This document shows, piece by piece, positions 1 through 8,155 of a DNA stretch of 12,399 nt. Origin of the DNA: a virus; UHGV virus genome UHGV-1779463; one strand, given 5' to 3'. The stretch's first letter is position 1, and every line of letters begins with the position of its first letter. The notes below the pieces were generated by a model that did not search any database, had not been told where the DNA came from, and saw only the letters and a list, made by a program, of their open reading frames with translations. Position numbers and translations under genes: made by a program.

Positions 1-197
1 ATTTACGGTTTTTATGTGGTTTTAGGGATAAACACAAGGATGGTGTCCCCTGCAGGAATCGAAAATTAAACTAAAAGATTGAATTATAACTTATTTGTCT
101 TTCGATTTTGGTGGGTGCCCCAGTAGGTGCCCCCAGGTATTATGGTCAGAAATGCTGGCTTTTAGCAGATGAAACAAGCCTGACGACCTTTCAAAGG

Positions 198-824
198 TTA
201 TTCTGATTTTACGACTGACAGCTCACTTTTTATACGGTAGTAAGTCGCTCGGCTGATTCCTGCTGCCTTCATGATGAGTTCAGGTTTTACTCCTTGCTCC
301 AACATCTCTCTAACGATCTCTCGGGCTTCCTGATTTTTCTCCCTGCCAATGTATATTCCTTCGCTTTTAGCTCGCTCAATGCCTTGCTGTTGGCGTTTAC
401 GACGTGTTTCGTAATCCTGCCGTGCCATTGTGGCAAGGATATCAATCAACATGGCATTTACGGCTCTCAGGATGCCGCTGGTTAGGTCATTGCCTGCCAT
501 CTCGACCATCTGCCAGCTCGTTGGTAAATCCATTGATACGATGATTAACCCTTTTCGGTTGAGCGTATCTTTCAGTTCGACCCATGCGCTATGTTCTAGG
601 CGACTCAGACGATCTATAGCTTCCACTAGCAACAGATCGCCGGACTGGGCTTCAGACAATAGCCGCATAAGCTCTACGCGCTCAAGCTTCGCCCCGCTAG
701 CATTTTCTATATACTCTCCTGCAATCTGCCAGCCTTTTGATTTTGAAAATTCACGTAGGCTGGTAAGTGCTCGATCAGCGTGTTGCCCCTCAGTTGATGC
801 TCGGCAGTAAATTCTAACGTTCAT
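198..824 (-). CDS. Serine recombinase (resolvase/invertase family) with C-terminal HTH
   Basis: 208-aa ORF. N-terminal YCRASTEGQ matches the catalytic-serine motif of small serine recombinases; LLVEAIDRLSR matches the conserved D-R-L-x-R segment; C-terminal GISRATYYRI is HTH-like. Start has a weak GAGA Shine-Dalgarno; stop TAA at 198-200. Confidence 0.9.
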   Translation of the reverse strand: MNVRIYCRASTEGQHADRALTSLREFSKSKGWQIAGEYIENASGAKLERVELMRLLSEAQSGDLLLVEAIDRLSRLEHSAWVELKDTLNRKGLIIVSMDLPTSWQMVEMAGNDLTSGILRAVNAMLIDILATMARQDYETRRKRQQQGIERAKSEGIYIGREKNQEAREIVREMLEQGVKPELIMKAAGISRATYYRIKSELSVVKSE

Positions 825-830
825 TGCATT

Positions 831-1080
831 GTCTCAATAGGGTTGTGAATATAAGTGCAAATGATACATAATGCATTTTGTGTAGTCAAAATGTTCCTAT
901 ACAACCCTATTGAGACTTTGTATCACCTTGTCATTACGGTATACCCTATTGAGAGGGGGATGATAGCTGGTAGTTCCGGTTTACCGTTAATCAGGCATAA
1001 CGCAAATTTGCGTTATGCCTCAAACATCAATGTTTACTCTTCCAACTGCCGCTATCTTGCTGGTTCTTGATAACCCTACT
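831..1080. repeat. Cluster of at least four copies of an AACCCTAYTGAGA-like motif upstream of the serine recombinase
   Basis: 831-846 gtctcaatagggttgt is the exact reverse complement of 901-916 acaaccctattgagac (16 bp). A direct 12-bp copy accctattgaga lies at 943-954 and a degenerate copy aaccctact at 1072-1080. The first copy overlaps the recombinase ribosome-binding region. Confidence 0.7.
993..1020. promoter_or_regulatory. 28-bp perfect palindrome, candidate protein-binding site
   Basis: aggcataacgcaaa / tttgcgttatgcct is exactly self-complementary (14+14 bp). No T-tract follows on either strand, so it is unlikely to be an intrinsic terminator. Confidence 0.45.
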
Positions 1081-1187
1081 CATTGGGGGATAGTTGGAAG
1101 AAATAGCCCGACACCGCTTTACCCGTATGGGATAATCATTGACTGTAGCTGGTGGTCAGCCAATCTTAAACATGGAACTTATTGATT

Positions 1188-1394
1188 ATGGAAAAGACAC
1201 TGAAAGAGTTGCGTGAATGGTTGTTACTATCCCCTGGTTATCCCGAAAGCAATCTCGATCTGGAAAGATGGGGATATGATGACTACGCCATTATCGGTAA
1301 TGTAGGTGATGCTGAGGCTATGCTGGGTTTGCCTCCAGATTGCCTGGAGATGGATAAGTCGCAGATTGTTTTCGACACTAGCGATCTTGAATAG
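1188..1394 (+). CDS. Hypothetical small protein (about 68 aa); start uncertain (ATG 1188, or TTG 1182 as in the ORF track)
   Basis: Protein-like composition (MEKTLKELREWLLL...), unlike the overlapping W/C-rich ORF 1306-1566. Weak ribosome-binding site; G+C similar to the backbone rather than the cargo. Confidence 0.35.
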   Translation: MEKTLKELREWLLLSPGYPESNLDLERWGYDDYAIIGNVGDAEAMLGLPPDCLEMDKSQIVFDTSDLE

Positions 1395-1803
1395 CCTAAA
1401 TCATCAATATACACCCCTCTGGGATGTGTTTACATGGTCGGATAAGACAAAATATGAGTATTCGCATCCAGTTGACTACCCATTTGCATGTTGCTTGACC
1501 ATCTTCAGTAACATATGCAGAAGGGTGCGGGCAACCTTAAGCGAGAAGCGGATCTATCAGTCCTAAAGTGCAAAAGGGCGATCTAGTCACATTGAGACAT
1601 TAATTACATTAGGGTATGTTAAGCCCATTGGCGGGCACTATGATGGGTTCAAGTAGGTAATCATCATTTAATGGACTAGTCCTATATAGCCAGAACACAG
1701 ATAGCAAGTTCAGACACCATCTTTTGTACCTCGAAAACTCAAAAAGGATGGGTCAGTTTTAGTCGGCGACAACAGGTTTAAATAAGCAATTTAAGGGGGG
1801 GAT

Positions 1804-2133
1804 ATGGATTTTTTAACAAGTACTCTGCTATCAGGAATACTCTATGATGGGTTTAAGAACGGCGTTGCAATAACTACAGGTTTCTTGAAAGAAAAGCTAC
1901 ATGGATGGATTGTTGACGATACTTTATTGGAGACTTTAGCTTATAAAGTAAATACTCTTGAGCTTAAGGATTATGGAGAGCATGTTATCGAGCGAAAATT
2001 GAACGAATCATCAGAAATACAGCAAATTTTAAAACTGATTCAGCCTGAGCAAAACACGAATATTGGGTCAGTGACTCAGAATCACAGTGGTTCTGGTGAT
2101 AACATTATTGGAAACAAAAATATATACAAATAG
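1804..2133 (+). CDS. Small protein (109 aa) with a hydrophobic N-terminal segment and a C-terminal motif HSGSGDNIIGNKNIYK shared with the downstream gene
   Basis: Strong Shine-Dalgarno (aaggggggg) 3-5 nt upstream of the ATG. AT-rich like the downstream large ORF. The C-terminal motif is repeated at the N-terminus of ORF 2146-5430 with many synonymous nucleotide differences, implying protein-level conservation. Confidence 0.7.
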   Translation: MDFLTSTLLSGILYDGFKNGVAITTGFLKEKLHGWIVDDTLLETLAYKVNTLELKDYGEHVIERKLNESSEIQQILKLIQPEQNTNIGSVTQNHSGSGDNIIGNKNIYK

Positions 2134-2145
2134 AAGAAATGGACG

Positions 2146-5100
2146 ATGATGGTAGATCAAATACACAGTGGCGTAGGTGACAATATCATAGGTGATAAAT
2201 ACGAATATATAATTCGTAGTATTAAATCTAGGGATCTGCGGACTGTTATAGACAGTATAATGAGAGATATTTGCTATAGAGAATTAGGCAGAGTTCGTGA
2301 AAAGCTAGACGTTCTTAATAATATTCATTCATTAGAAAATGATGTATATCTACTATTGAATGCTTTGAATGTAAAGCTTGAGTTGGTAAAAGGCTCGATA
2401 TCATCATCAAAAAATGATCTTCTAAAATTGCTACAGAACAATGACCTCCCTGGTGATGTTCGTGAGGTCATTACATCTATATTGATCGATTTGGAATCGA
2501 GAACCTCTGAAGAGTTAGCTAAAAAAAGATATTCAGATTTAAAAATAGATGGGTTCTATCTCAAAGAGGTGTTCTTTGAGCGATTAGCCTCAATGGAAGA
2601 GCTATCTAAAAGCTATCATAACACAGAGGTTTATGATTTATCCGAGCAAGAGTTAACTGGATTAGTTCGCGGTGCTTTAAGAGTCCAAGATTTTGTTTTT
2701 GCGTTTGAACTGGCTCAGAATCTGGATAAGTATTATTCATCCAATAATTCAAGGATTCTTCGGCTATACACTGAAACCTGTTTACTCATAACTCGAAACC
2801 AACGTAATCATTATGTTTCACTTAGTAAACAGGAAAAAGATAATGTTGACCGGTTAATAATCCAATTACTAGCTGATATTGATGACGGAAAAGATGATAG
2901 ATATATCGCTGTTTTAACCAATTTGCTTAAACTTACCTATTTTTCAGATAGTCGACTTTATAATTTAGGAAAGTTGCATATTGATAAAGTTAGGGAGATA
3001 GACTCCTTTTCTGCGGAGTATCTAGAGCAGTCCTCAATAGGAATGAGCACTCCCGATATTAAATTTGAATTAGTATCTGATGTTTTGGATTTGGAAAAGT
3101 TTTCATTTCTTATTTTTGCTATTGAGAATAATCAGATGAAAGCTAAAGACGTAAATAACTGGATAGACAATGGAGGGATAATTGAAACAGGAGATGATTA
3201 TATTAATTCCTTCTTGAACTTGTACCTTAGGGCGCTAGTATGTTCGGTTGACGATAAGAATGAAATCCAACTGCTGGATAAAAAAGCGCAAGATTTTTTA
3301 GAATTAGATTCTAAAAAGTTTATGCTAATAAACCCTGCGAACATATTAAACTTATGCGATAAATTTATTTTATGTAATTTACCATTGAACGCGGTTAATT
3401 ATCTCACCCCATTGTTATCTGATGAAGCTTGGGTATCTCCGATTTTCGAATGTTATCTTAACGCTCTATTTCTCAGTGATAAGATTGATTTATTTTTAAA
3501 TAAAATAAAGCACTTAGAACCATGCGATAAAACAGAGCTAATTTATTTAAGAGAAGCCCAAGTGTACGACCGATTAGATGAATATGAGCTATCAATAAAA
3601 TCGATCAGATTTGCAATTGAAATTTCACCAAACAACCCTTATTCCTGGTACTTATTGCTGCACACATCAAGAAAAAATGGGGGGGATGCGCAATTTCTTA
3701 AAGAAATTGTTTTTGAGATCCCAGAAGTTATTTTTTCTACCTACGATGAGTCAAAGATCACATTAGTTAATGAAATAGCGACTTATATTGATATACACAT
3801 TGCGGAGAGAGTGCTTGTTGATTGGTTTGTCCAAAACCCAGTAAAAGTGGCAAAGCCTTTGACCCAGATTCACGCAAACTCATTGATAAATAGCCAAAAA
3901 GTTAATAGTAATCCACTTGTCCCTAATAAGTGTGGGGATGGTATTACATATTCTGATGGGTTTGAAACATTTACCCGAATTCTTGTACGTGACGTTGAGG
4001 CTAGTCATCCGTGCTTGTTGGAAATAGAGTCACCACTTGGACAGATTCTCGAGAATATGCAGGAAGGAGATTGTTCTGGTGACTTTACAATGATTAAGCG
4101 TGTGCCTCCTTACGTCGCAGTATTTAGGCAGGCTGTGGAGCTTCGCAGTAAAGGTAACGATGGTACTGATGTTTTCAGACAATTTTCTCTACCTCCTCAT
4201 GAAGAGGAATTCATTCCTTATTTTGAGAATATTCTAAAACGATATTCTACGAAAGATAAAGAAAGGGATGCAGTATTGCATACCCCCAATATACCTTTAA
4301 CGATGAAAGGCAATTTTACGGATCCTACAGACCCTGTAAGAGGGGCTATAACACATTTAACGTCAATTACATCAACCAAATATTTGGAGTTATTCAATAG
4401 TGGAGAAGAAACACCAAATAAGGTAATTATTGATGTGTATACGGCTGTTTATTTCTCATTAATGGGTTTTTCTTCAGCTGTAGTAGATTCGAATATAGAA
4501 ATAATTGTATGTAAATATACAAAGCAAGTATTGGAAGGGTGGATTGAAAATATTCTAAGAGAAGACTACATGTCTATAGGTGTATCTGATAAAGGACTTT
4601 ATAGAGTCACATCTGAAGATATTCGAAGGGATTCATGTGATTTTATTCATAATCTCCAGATATTACTTGAATTTGTAACAGTAGAACCGCTGAAACCAGC
4701 AGATACACCAGAGTTATTAGTTAAAGTAAGAGATTTGGTTGATTGGGCTGTTTACTCTACCTTCCAGCTTTCTATAGCAAATAGTATCCCATTGCTTAGC
4801 ATTGACCATTTGATGTGTGAATTAGCGTATAGTTCAGAGTATCCAACGGCAAATATGAATTCCTTTGTCATGAGGATTTTAAACTCTTTATCTTTGCCGG
4901 AAAGAAAAAAAAGCATTCAAACTAACTTATCTTCGGGTACACCTGTTCCAATTTTGTATGATGATATATTATATCTCAGCCGCTCAGCAGAAATTTCTGA
5001 TACATACTTAGTATTCAAGTTTATGGAAAAATATGGAGAAACCATTTCTGCAACAGGATCTTCTCTAAACTACCTAACTGCAATTGTGAGAAACGTAACA

Positions 5101-5430
5101 GTGATGGCTTGCATAGATGGAGCTATTTTAGCTGGTGGTAGAGCACACAATCCACGGTATGATGGATATGTTGAGCATGTTTTTAATTATTGCTGTCGCT
5201 CTGCAATAGTTAATCTGGATGGTGAAACTGCTGAACAAAGATTAGCATTACTAATCTATAATGTAATAGATATGCCTCGAAGAGTTCGTAAATACTTGGA
5301 ATTGATATCATTGCTGACTACTGAGTTCACAATAGGACATTTTCTGGATATTAAAGCATGTAATGAGAGCCTGGTTGCTTGTCAGAATGGTAAAAAAATA
5401 GATGAGCAAGGGAGTATTGAAGCAAGTTAA
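2146..5430 (+). CDS. Large uncharacterised protein (1094 aa), AT-rich, with TPR-like helical repeats and no P-loop; candidate sensor/effector of a defence-type system
   Basis: A 3.3-kb ORF with no antisense ORF of 60 aa or more. N-terminus IHSGVGDNIIGDKYEY repeats the C-terminal motif of the upstream ORF. TPR-like segment around ELIYLREAQVYDRLDEYELSIKSIRFAIEISPNNPYSWYLLL. No GxxxxGK[ST] found on manual scan. Weak ribosome-binding site; starts 12 nt after the upstream stop in the same frame. Confidence 0.9.
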   Translation: MMVDQIHSGVGDNIIGDKYEYIIRSIKSRDLRTVIDSIMRDICYRELGRVREKLDVLNNIHSLENDVYLLLNALNVKLELVKGSISSSKNDLLKLLQNNDLPGDVREVITSILIDLESRTSEELAKKRYSDLKIDGFYLKEVFFERLASMEELSKSYHNTEVYDLSEQELTGLVRGALRVQDFVFAFELAQNLDKYYSSNNSRILRLYTETCLLITRNQRNHYVSLSKQEKDNVDRLIIQLLADIDDGKDDRYIAVLTNLLKLTYFSDSRLYNLGKLHIDKVREIDSFSAEYLEQSSIGMSTPDIKFELVSDVLDLEKFSFLIFAIENNQMKAKDVNNWIDNGGIIETGDDYINSFLNLYLRALVCSVDDKNEIQLLDKKAQDFLELDSKKFMLINPANILNLCDKFILCNLPLNAVNYLTPLLSDEAWVSPIFECYLNALFLSDKIDLFLNKIKHLEPCDKTELIYLREAQVYDRLDEYELSIKSIRFAIEISPNNPYSWYLLLHTSRKNGGDAQFLKEIVFEIPEVIFSTYDESKITLVNEIATYIDIHIAERVLVDWFVQNPVKVAKPLTQIHANSLINSQKVNSNPLVPNKCGDGITYSDGFETFTRILVRDVEASHPCLLEIESPLGQILENMQEGDCSGDFTMIKRVPPYVAVFRQAVELRSKGNDGTDVFRQFSLPPHEEEFIPYFENILKRYSTKDKERDAVLHTPNIPLTMKGNFTDPTDPVRGAITHLTSITSTKYLELFNSGEETPNKVIIDVYTAVYFSLMGFSSAVVDSNIEIIVCKYTKQVLEGWIENILREDYMSIGVSDKGLYRVTSEDIRRDSCDFIHNLQILLEFVTVEPLKPADTPELLVKVRDLVDWAVYSTFQLSIANSIPLLSIDHLMCELAYSSEYPTANMNSFVMRILNSLSLPERKKSIQTNLSSGTPVPILYDDILYLSRSAEISDTYLVFKFMEKYGETISATGSSLNYLTAIVRNVTVMACIDGAILAGGRAHNPRYDGYVEHVFNYCCRSAIVNLDGETAEQRLALLIYNVIDMPRRVRKYLELISLLTTEFTIGHFLDIKACNESLVACQNGKKIDEQGSIEAS

Positions 5431-5506
5431 TCATTGTCAGATGAACTATTATAGTGATTGGATTTAGAACAATCAAAAATATAAATTGGTACAAGCTGTG
5501 TCCCTT

Positions 5507-5537
5507 AACCAATGATGTGACCTGCTCGTCATTGGTT
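5507..5537 (+). terminator. Hairpin downstream of the large ORF (9-bp stem aaccaatga/tcattggtt, 13-nt loop); weak terminator candidate
   Basis: Exact 9-bp inverted repeat about 80 bp after the stop at 5430, followed by tttattcc. The stem is AT-rich and the loop long, so confidence is low. Confidence 0.25.
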
Positions 5538-6020
5538 TATTCCTAACGTCCGCTTTAGGCACAGCCGACTGCCAGGTACTGCCAGGTAAGGTATCAATAT
5601 CGCCCGTCTGACCTGAGGATCATCATTGGATTTATTTTTGGGATGGTTAAGTAACATGTTAAAGGAAACTAACTCAGGTACAATTATGCAAAAAATTGCT
5701 TCTATGTGGTTTAAATTCACGACTGAGATTTCTACGTGAATTCAACCTAAGAAATACCGGTAAAATCGCTTATAAAGTTGATGTTATGTTGATGGTTTTT
5801 TTCTGGGGTTTTGATTGCCAGATATCTCTATTGGATTGTTTTTTATGTAATTAATGATGAGCTTAAGCGATGCCTGCTAACGTCAACACATTCTTATAAA
5901 GTGATTAATTTCTATAAGTACTTTTTCTAAAAAATTGATTTTTACGGATGGATGCCCATCAATGGAAAATCATTTTTTTCTAAGACTTTGATCTTTTATT
6001 GATGGTGTTAGTTGGGACTC

Positions 6021-6052
6021 CGGTCATCGAGCGCGATGCGCTCTTCTGACCG
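6021..6052. other. GC-rich interrupted stem-loop
   Basis: cggtca-tc-gagcgc-gat-gcgctc-ttc-tgaccg: outer 6-bp and inner 6-bp stems are exact reverse complements. Followed on the plus strand by tttcaatg. Lies in the convergent intergenic region, orientation ambiguous. Confidence 0.3.
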
Positions 6053-6183
6053 TTTCAATGGATAGGTTCGCCTTCTTGCGCCTCTCGCTGCGTTTGCCGC
6101 GCTCCGCGCTTTTGGCTGTTTGGCAGGCATATTTCTCTTATTATTGGTCGTTTTTTGCTCTGCCTTGTCACGATCTGTCACTA

Positions 6184-7236
6184 CTAGTAGTAATGGTCAT
6201 AACCTCCGCTTTCTCTTCTGGCTCTGGATGCTCTCACTCGTGCTTTTCTTAACATCCTTAACAGCGGGTGGGTTTGTACTTTGTTCGAGTTTATTATCTG
6301 TGAGGATAGTAACTCCCTACGCTCTGTCTCTGCCTCTTTGGTGACCGCTATCACTGATAAGTCCCAATCGTGCTTGCTAATTAACGGTGCTTCGAATGGG
6401 GCGATTGGTGAGCGATTTATGTCTTGCCGTTTTAATGTACGCTGTATCTGCCGCTTAGATTTGTAGTTGTCTTTCCTTGATGCCTGAACGGCTTTTAGTA
6501 TGCGTCTTACAGCATGAAAGCCAGTGACAGAAAGTGTTTCTTTTTTTATCTCATGCCGCGCCCAGCCATTCGAATAACCCCAAACGCTGGCATCTGACCA
6601 ATCATATAGGCTCTTGCTCGCCTCTCTATTAAAGTCATTTAACTTAGTTTCGGGCTTTGCCATGTAATCAATTTGTTTACCTATATGCTTGGTAGGCTCT
6701 GAATATTGCTGACCTTTCAAATCTAGATCCCACTGAGGAGGAACATTTGATGGGATTGCATTGTTTGCCAGTGTTACCCATTTGCTGACAATTTTGCCAG
6801 CTTGCCCATTAATGCTTCTTTCGTTCACCATGATTATTGCGTGTACATGCGGCTCTGACTGGTGTTGAGCCCACTCCATGACGTAAACCCACTGATTGCC
6901 TTTCGAAGTCAACCATCTGGTAAGTGCCTTTAACGCTTTGTTGAATTTCTCTGGCGTTGTTCCCTTAACGGGTCTGAAGGTAAAGGAGTAGGGGATACCA
7001 CTAGTTGATTCGACATCCAGAGTAAACAAAGCTCGCCTCATTGTACGCCATTTCTTCTTTGTCCAGGCTGGTGGTATGCAGTGGTTAGCCTTTGATGATT
7101 GGCGTTTATTCTCTGCCTTTAATTCATTACGTTTGTGCGTAACTGATTTCACATAAGCTAATGTGCGACCATTGATGTGATTGATTACGGCTTGTGATTT
7201 TGTGGATAGACTCGCGTCTTTATCGTATAATTCCAT
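6184..7236 (-). CDS. HUH-motif replication-initiator-like protein (rolling-circle Rep / inovirus Gp2-like)
   Basis: 350-aa ORF with three motifs in canonical Rep order and spacing: ALFTLDV (motif I-like), EPHVHAIIMV (His-hydrophobic-His) and IDYMAKP (YxxK catalytic tyrosine). No clear Shine-Dalgarno. Confidence 0.75.
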   Translation of the reverse strand: MELYDKDASLSTKSQAVINHINGRTLAYVKSVTHKRNELKAENKRQSSKANHCIPPAWTKKKWRTMRRALFTLDVESTSGIPYSFTFRPVKGTTPEKFNKALKALTRWLTSKGNQWVYVMEWAQHQSEPHVHAIIMVNERSINGQAGKIVSKWVTLANNAIPSNVPPQWDLDLKGQQYSEPTKHIGKQIDYMAKPETKLNDFNREASKSLYDWSDASVWGYSNGWARHEIKKETLSVTGFHAVRRILKAVQASRKDNYKSKRQIQRTLKRQDINRSPIAPFEAPLISKHDWDLSVIAVTKEAETERRELLSSQIINSNKVQTHPLLRMLRKARVRASRARRESGGYDHYY

Positions 7237-7265
7237 GTGTAAAGTTCATATATTTCAATTGCTTC

Positions 7266-7292
7266 AAAGCCGACTCTCGCAAAGTCGGCTTT
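7266..7292. other. 10-bp perfect inverted repeat hairpin (aaagccgact ... agtcggcttt) between the 128-aa ORF and the Rep-like gene
   Basis: Exact reverse-complement arms with a 7-nt loop. On the plus strand it is followed by ctgctttg; on the minus strand it sits between a stop at 7305 and a start at 7236. Could be a terminator/attenuator or operator. Confidence 0.35.
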
Positions 7293-7304
7293 CTGCTTTG
7301 TCAA

Positions 7305-7691
7305 TCACAGGTATTTGGTTTCAATACCCTTGTAAACAGTTCTAAGCGTGTCTTCAGGCACTTTACCCACCAGCCCACGCAACAACGACAACGTTATGTT
7401 TACCTTACGCAATGTCTTTACATATCTGGCGTTCGTCCTCCAGATCTTCAATGTTTCGTCTTTATCGCTGTGGTATGCTTCTAAATTGCGTTCTGTGACG
7501 TGATACGCCCCTGTTTTAAACTGCTCAACAGGAATTCCCCAATCGTTGCGTAACAGCGTTAAAACGCGACTACGTTCGTGATTTCCGGCTTTCCTTAATA
7601 TGTCGTCAAACTCTTTTGGGGTAAGCTTCCTGCCACTTAGTAGGATATCGCGTATATTCGCGGCGACCTGAGAGCGTGTAAGAGTGCTCAT
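7305..7691 (-). CDS. Hypothetical protein (128 aa)
   Basis: Strong Shine-Dalgarno (ggggggacgaa before the ATG); 4-nt overlap with the upstream HTH gene, suggesting translational coupling. No recognisable motif. Confidence 0.6.
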   Translation of the reverse strand: MSTLTRSQVAANIRDILLSGRKLTPKEFDDILRKAGNHERSRVLTLLRNDWGIPVEQFKTGAYHVTERNLEAYHSDKDETLKIWRTNARYVKTLRKVNITLSLLRGLVGKVPEDTLRTVYKGIETKYL

Positions 7692-7882
7692 TTTCGTCCC
7701 CCCAGAAATCTGTCGGCAAATTGATCAAGGCAGGAGGCAAGCCACACCCGGCGCTTGCGACCATTGATGGTCTGATTTATATAGGGAGGAAAGCTTCGGA
7801 TATATCGCTTTAACTGATAGAAGCGTGACAGACAGACGCCAAGATATTCTGCTGCGTCTTTAGCGGTCAGGTAATTAATCAT
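7688..7882 (-). CDS. Small helix-turn-helix DNA-binding protein (excisionase/HTH_17-like)
   Basis: N-terminal LTAKDAAEYLGV followed by a basic GRKRRVW segment is the typical pattern of excisionase-type HTH proteins. Shine-Dalgarno AGGGA 5 nt upstream. Confidence 0.65.
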   Translation of the reverse strand: MINYLTAKDAAEYLGVCLSRFYQLKRYIRSFPPYINQTINGRKRRVWLASCLDQFADRFLGGRK

Positions 7883-7963
7883 TTTATTCCCTTACTGTTG
7901 TACCAAAATGCAATACGGAGGAGACTTCCTGTCTCCCCAAATTACTCTACAATTTTTGTGCGA

Positions 7964-8155
7964 TTAAATCAGATCTATTACTAAGTAATCATCGCCAGAG
8001 GCAATGCCGATAGCTTTTCCACCGCTGGTGGATTTCACATCATAAACCCTGGTGCTGGTGCTCACCTTTTGTGGCTCTGATCTAATCAGTGCCGCGAAGG
8101 TTTCAAAATCAACATGGGTTACGTTCAGCTTTTGATTGGTAGGTTTCAACTGCAT
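7964..8155 (-). CDS. Hypothetical small protein (63 aa)
   Basis: ORF co-oriented within the element backbone; weak ribosome-binding site; no recognisable motif. Confidence 0.4.
   Translation of the reverse strand: MQLKPTNQKLNVTHVDFETFAALIRSEPQKVSTSTRVYDVKSTSGGKAIGIASGDDYLVIDLI

Noticed and set aside
294-810. Plus-strand ORFs 294-485 and 430-810 from the six-frame track
   Set aside because: Both lie entirely antisense to the well-supported serine recombinase gene and have low-complexity, Ser/Arg/Cys-rich translations; likely shadow ORFs.
855-1070. Plus-strand ORF 855-1070 (71 aa)
   Set aside because: It spans the repeat cluster and the 28-bp palindrome, has no ribosome-binding site and an implausible composition; the region is better explained as a regulatory or recombination site.
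1306-1566. Plus-strand ORF 1306-1566 (86 aa)
   Set aside because: Overlaps the more protein-like ORF 1188-1394 in another frame; W/C/R-rich translation with no ribosome-binding site.
2146-5430. Large protein as a classical STAND/NLR NTPase (NACHT or NB-ARC)
   Set aside because: Manual scan found no GxxxxGK[ST] Walker A motif anywhere in the 1094 aa; a profile search is needed to be sure.
5529-5720. Minus-strand ORF 5529-5720 (63 aa)
   Set aside because: Sits in the AT-rich intergenic spacer, overlaps the hairpin at 5507-5537, and has no ribosome-binding site.
6058-6466. Plus-strand ORFs 6058-6252, 6120-6344 and 6281-6466
   Set aside because: Mutually overlapping hydrophobic or low-complexity ORFs, largely antisense to the 3' end of the Rep-like gene; treated as spurious.
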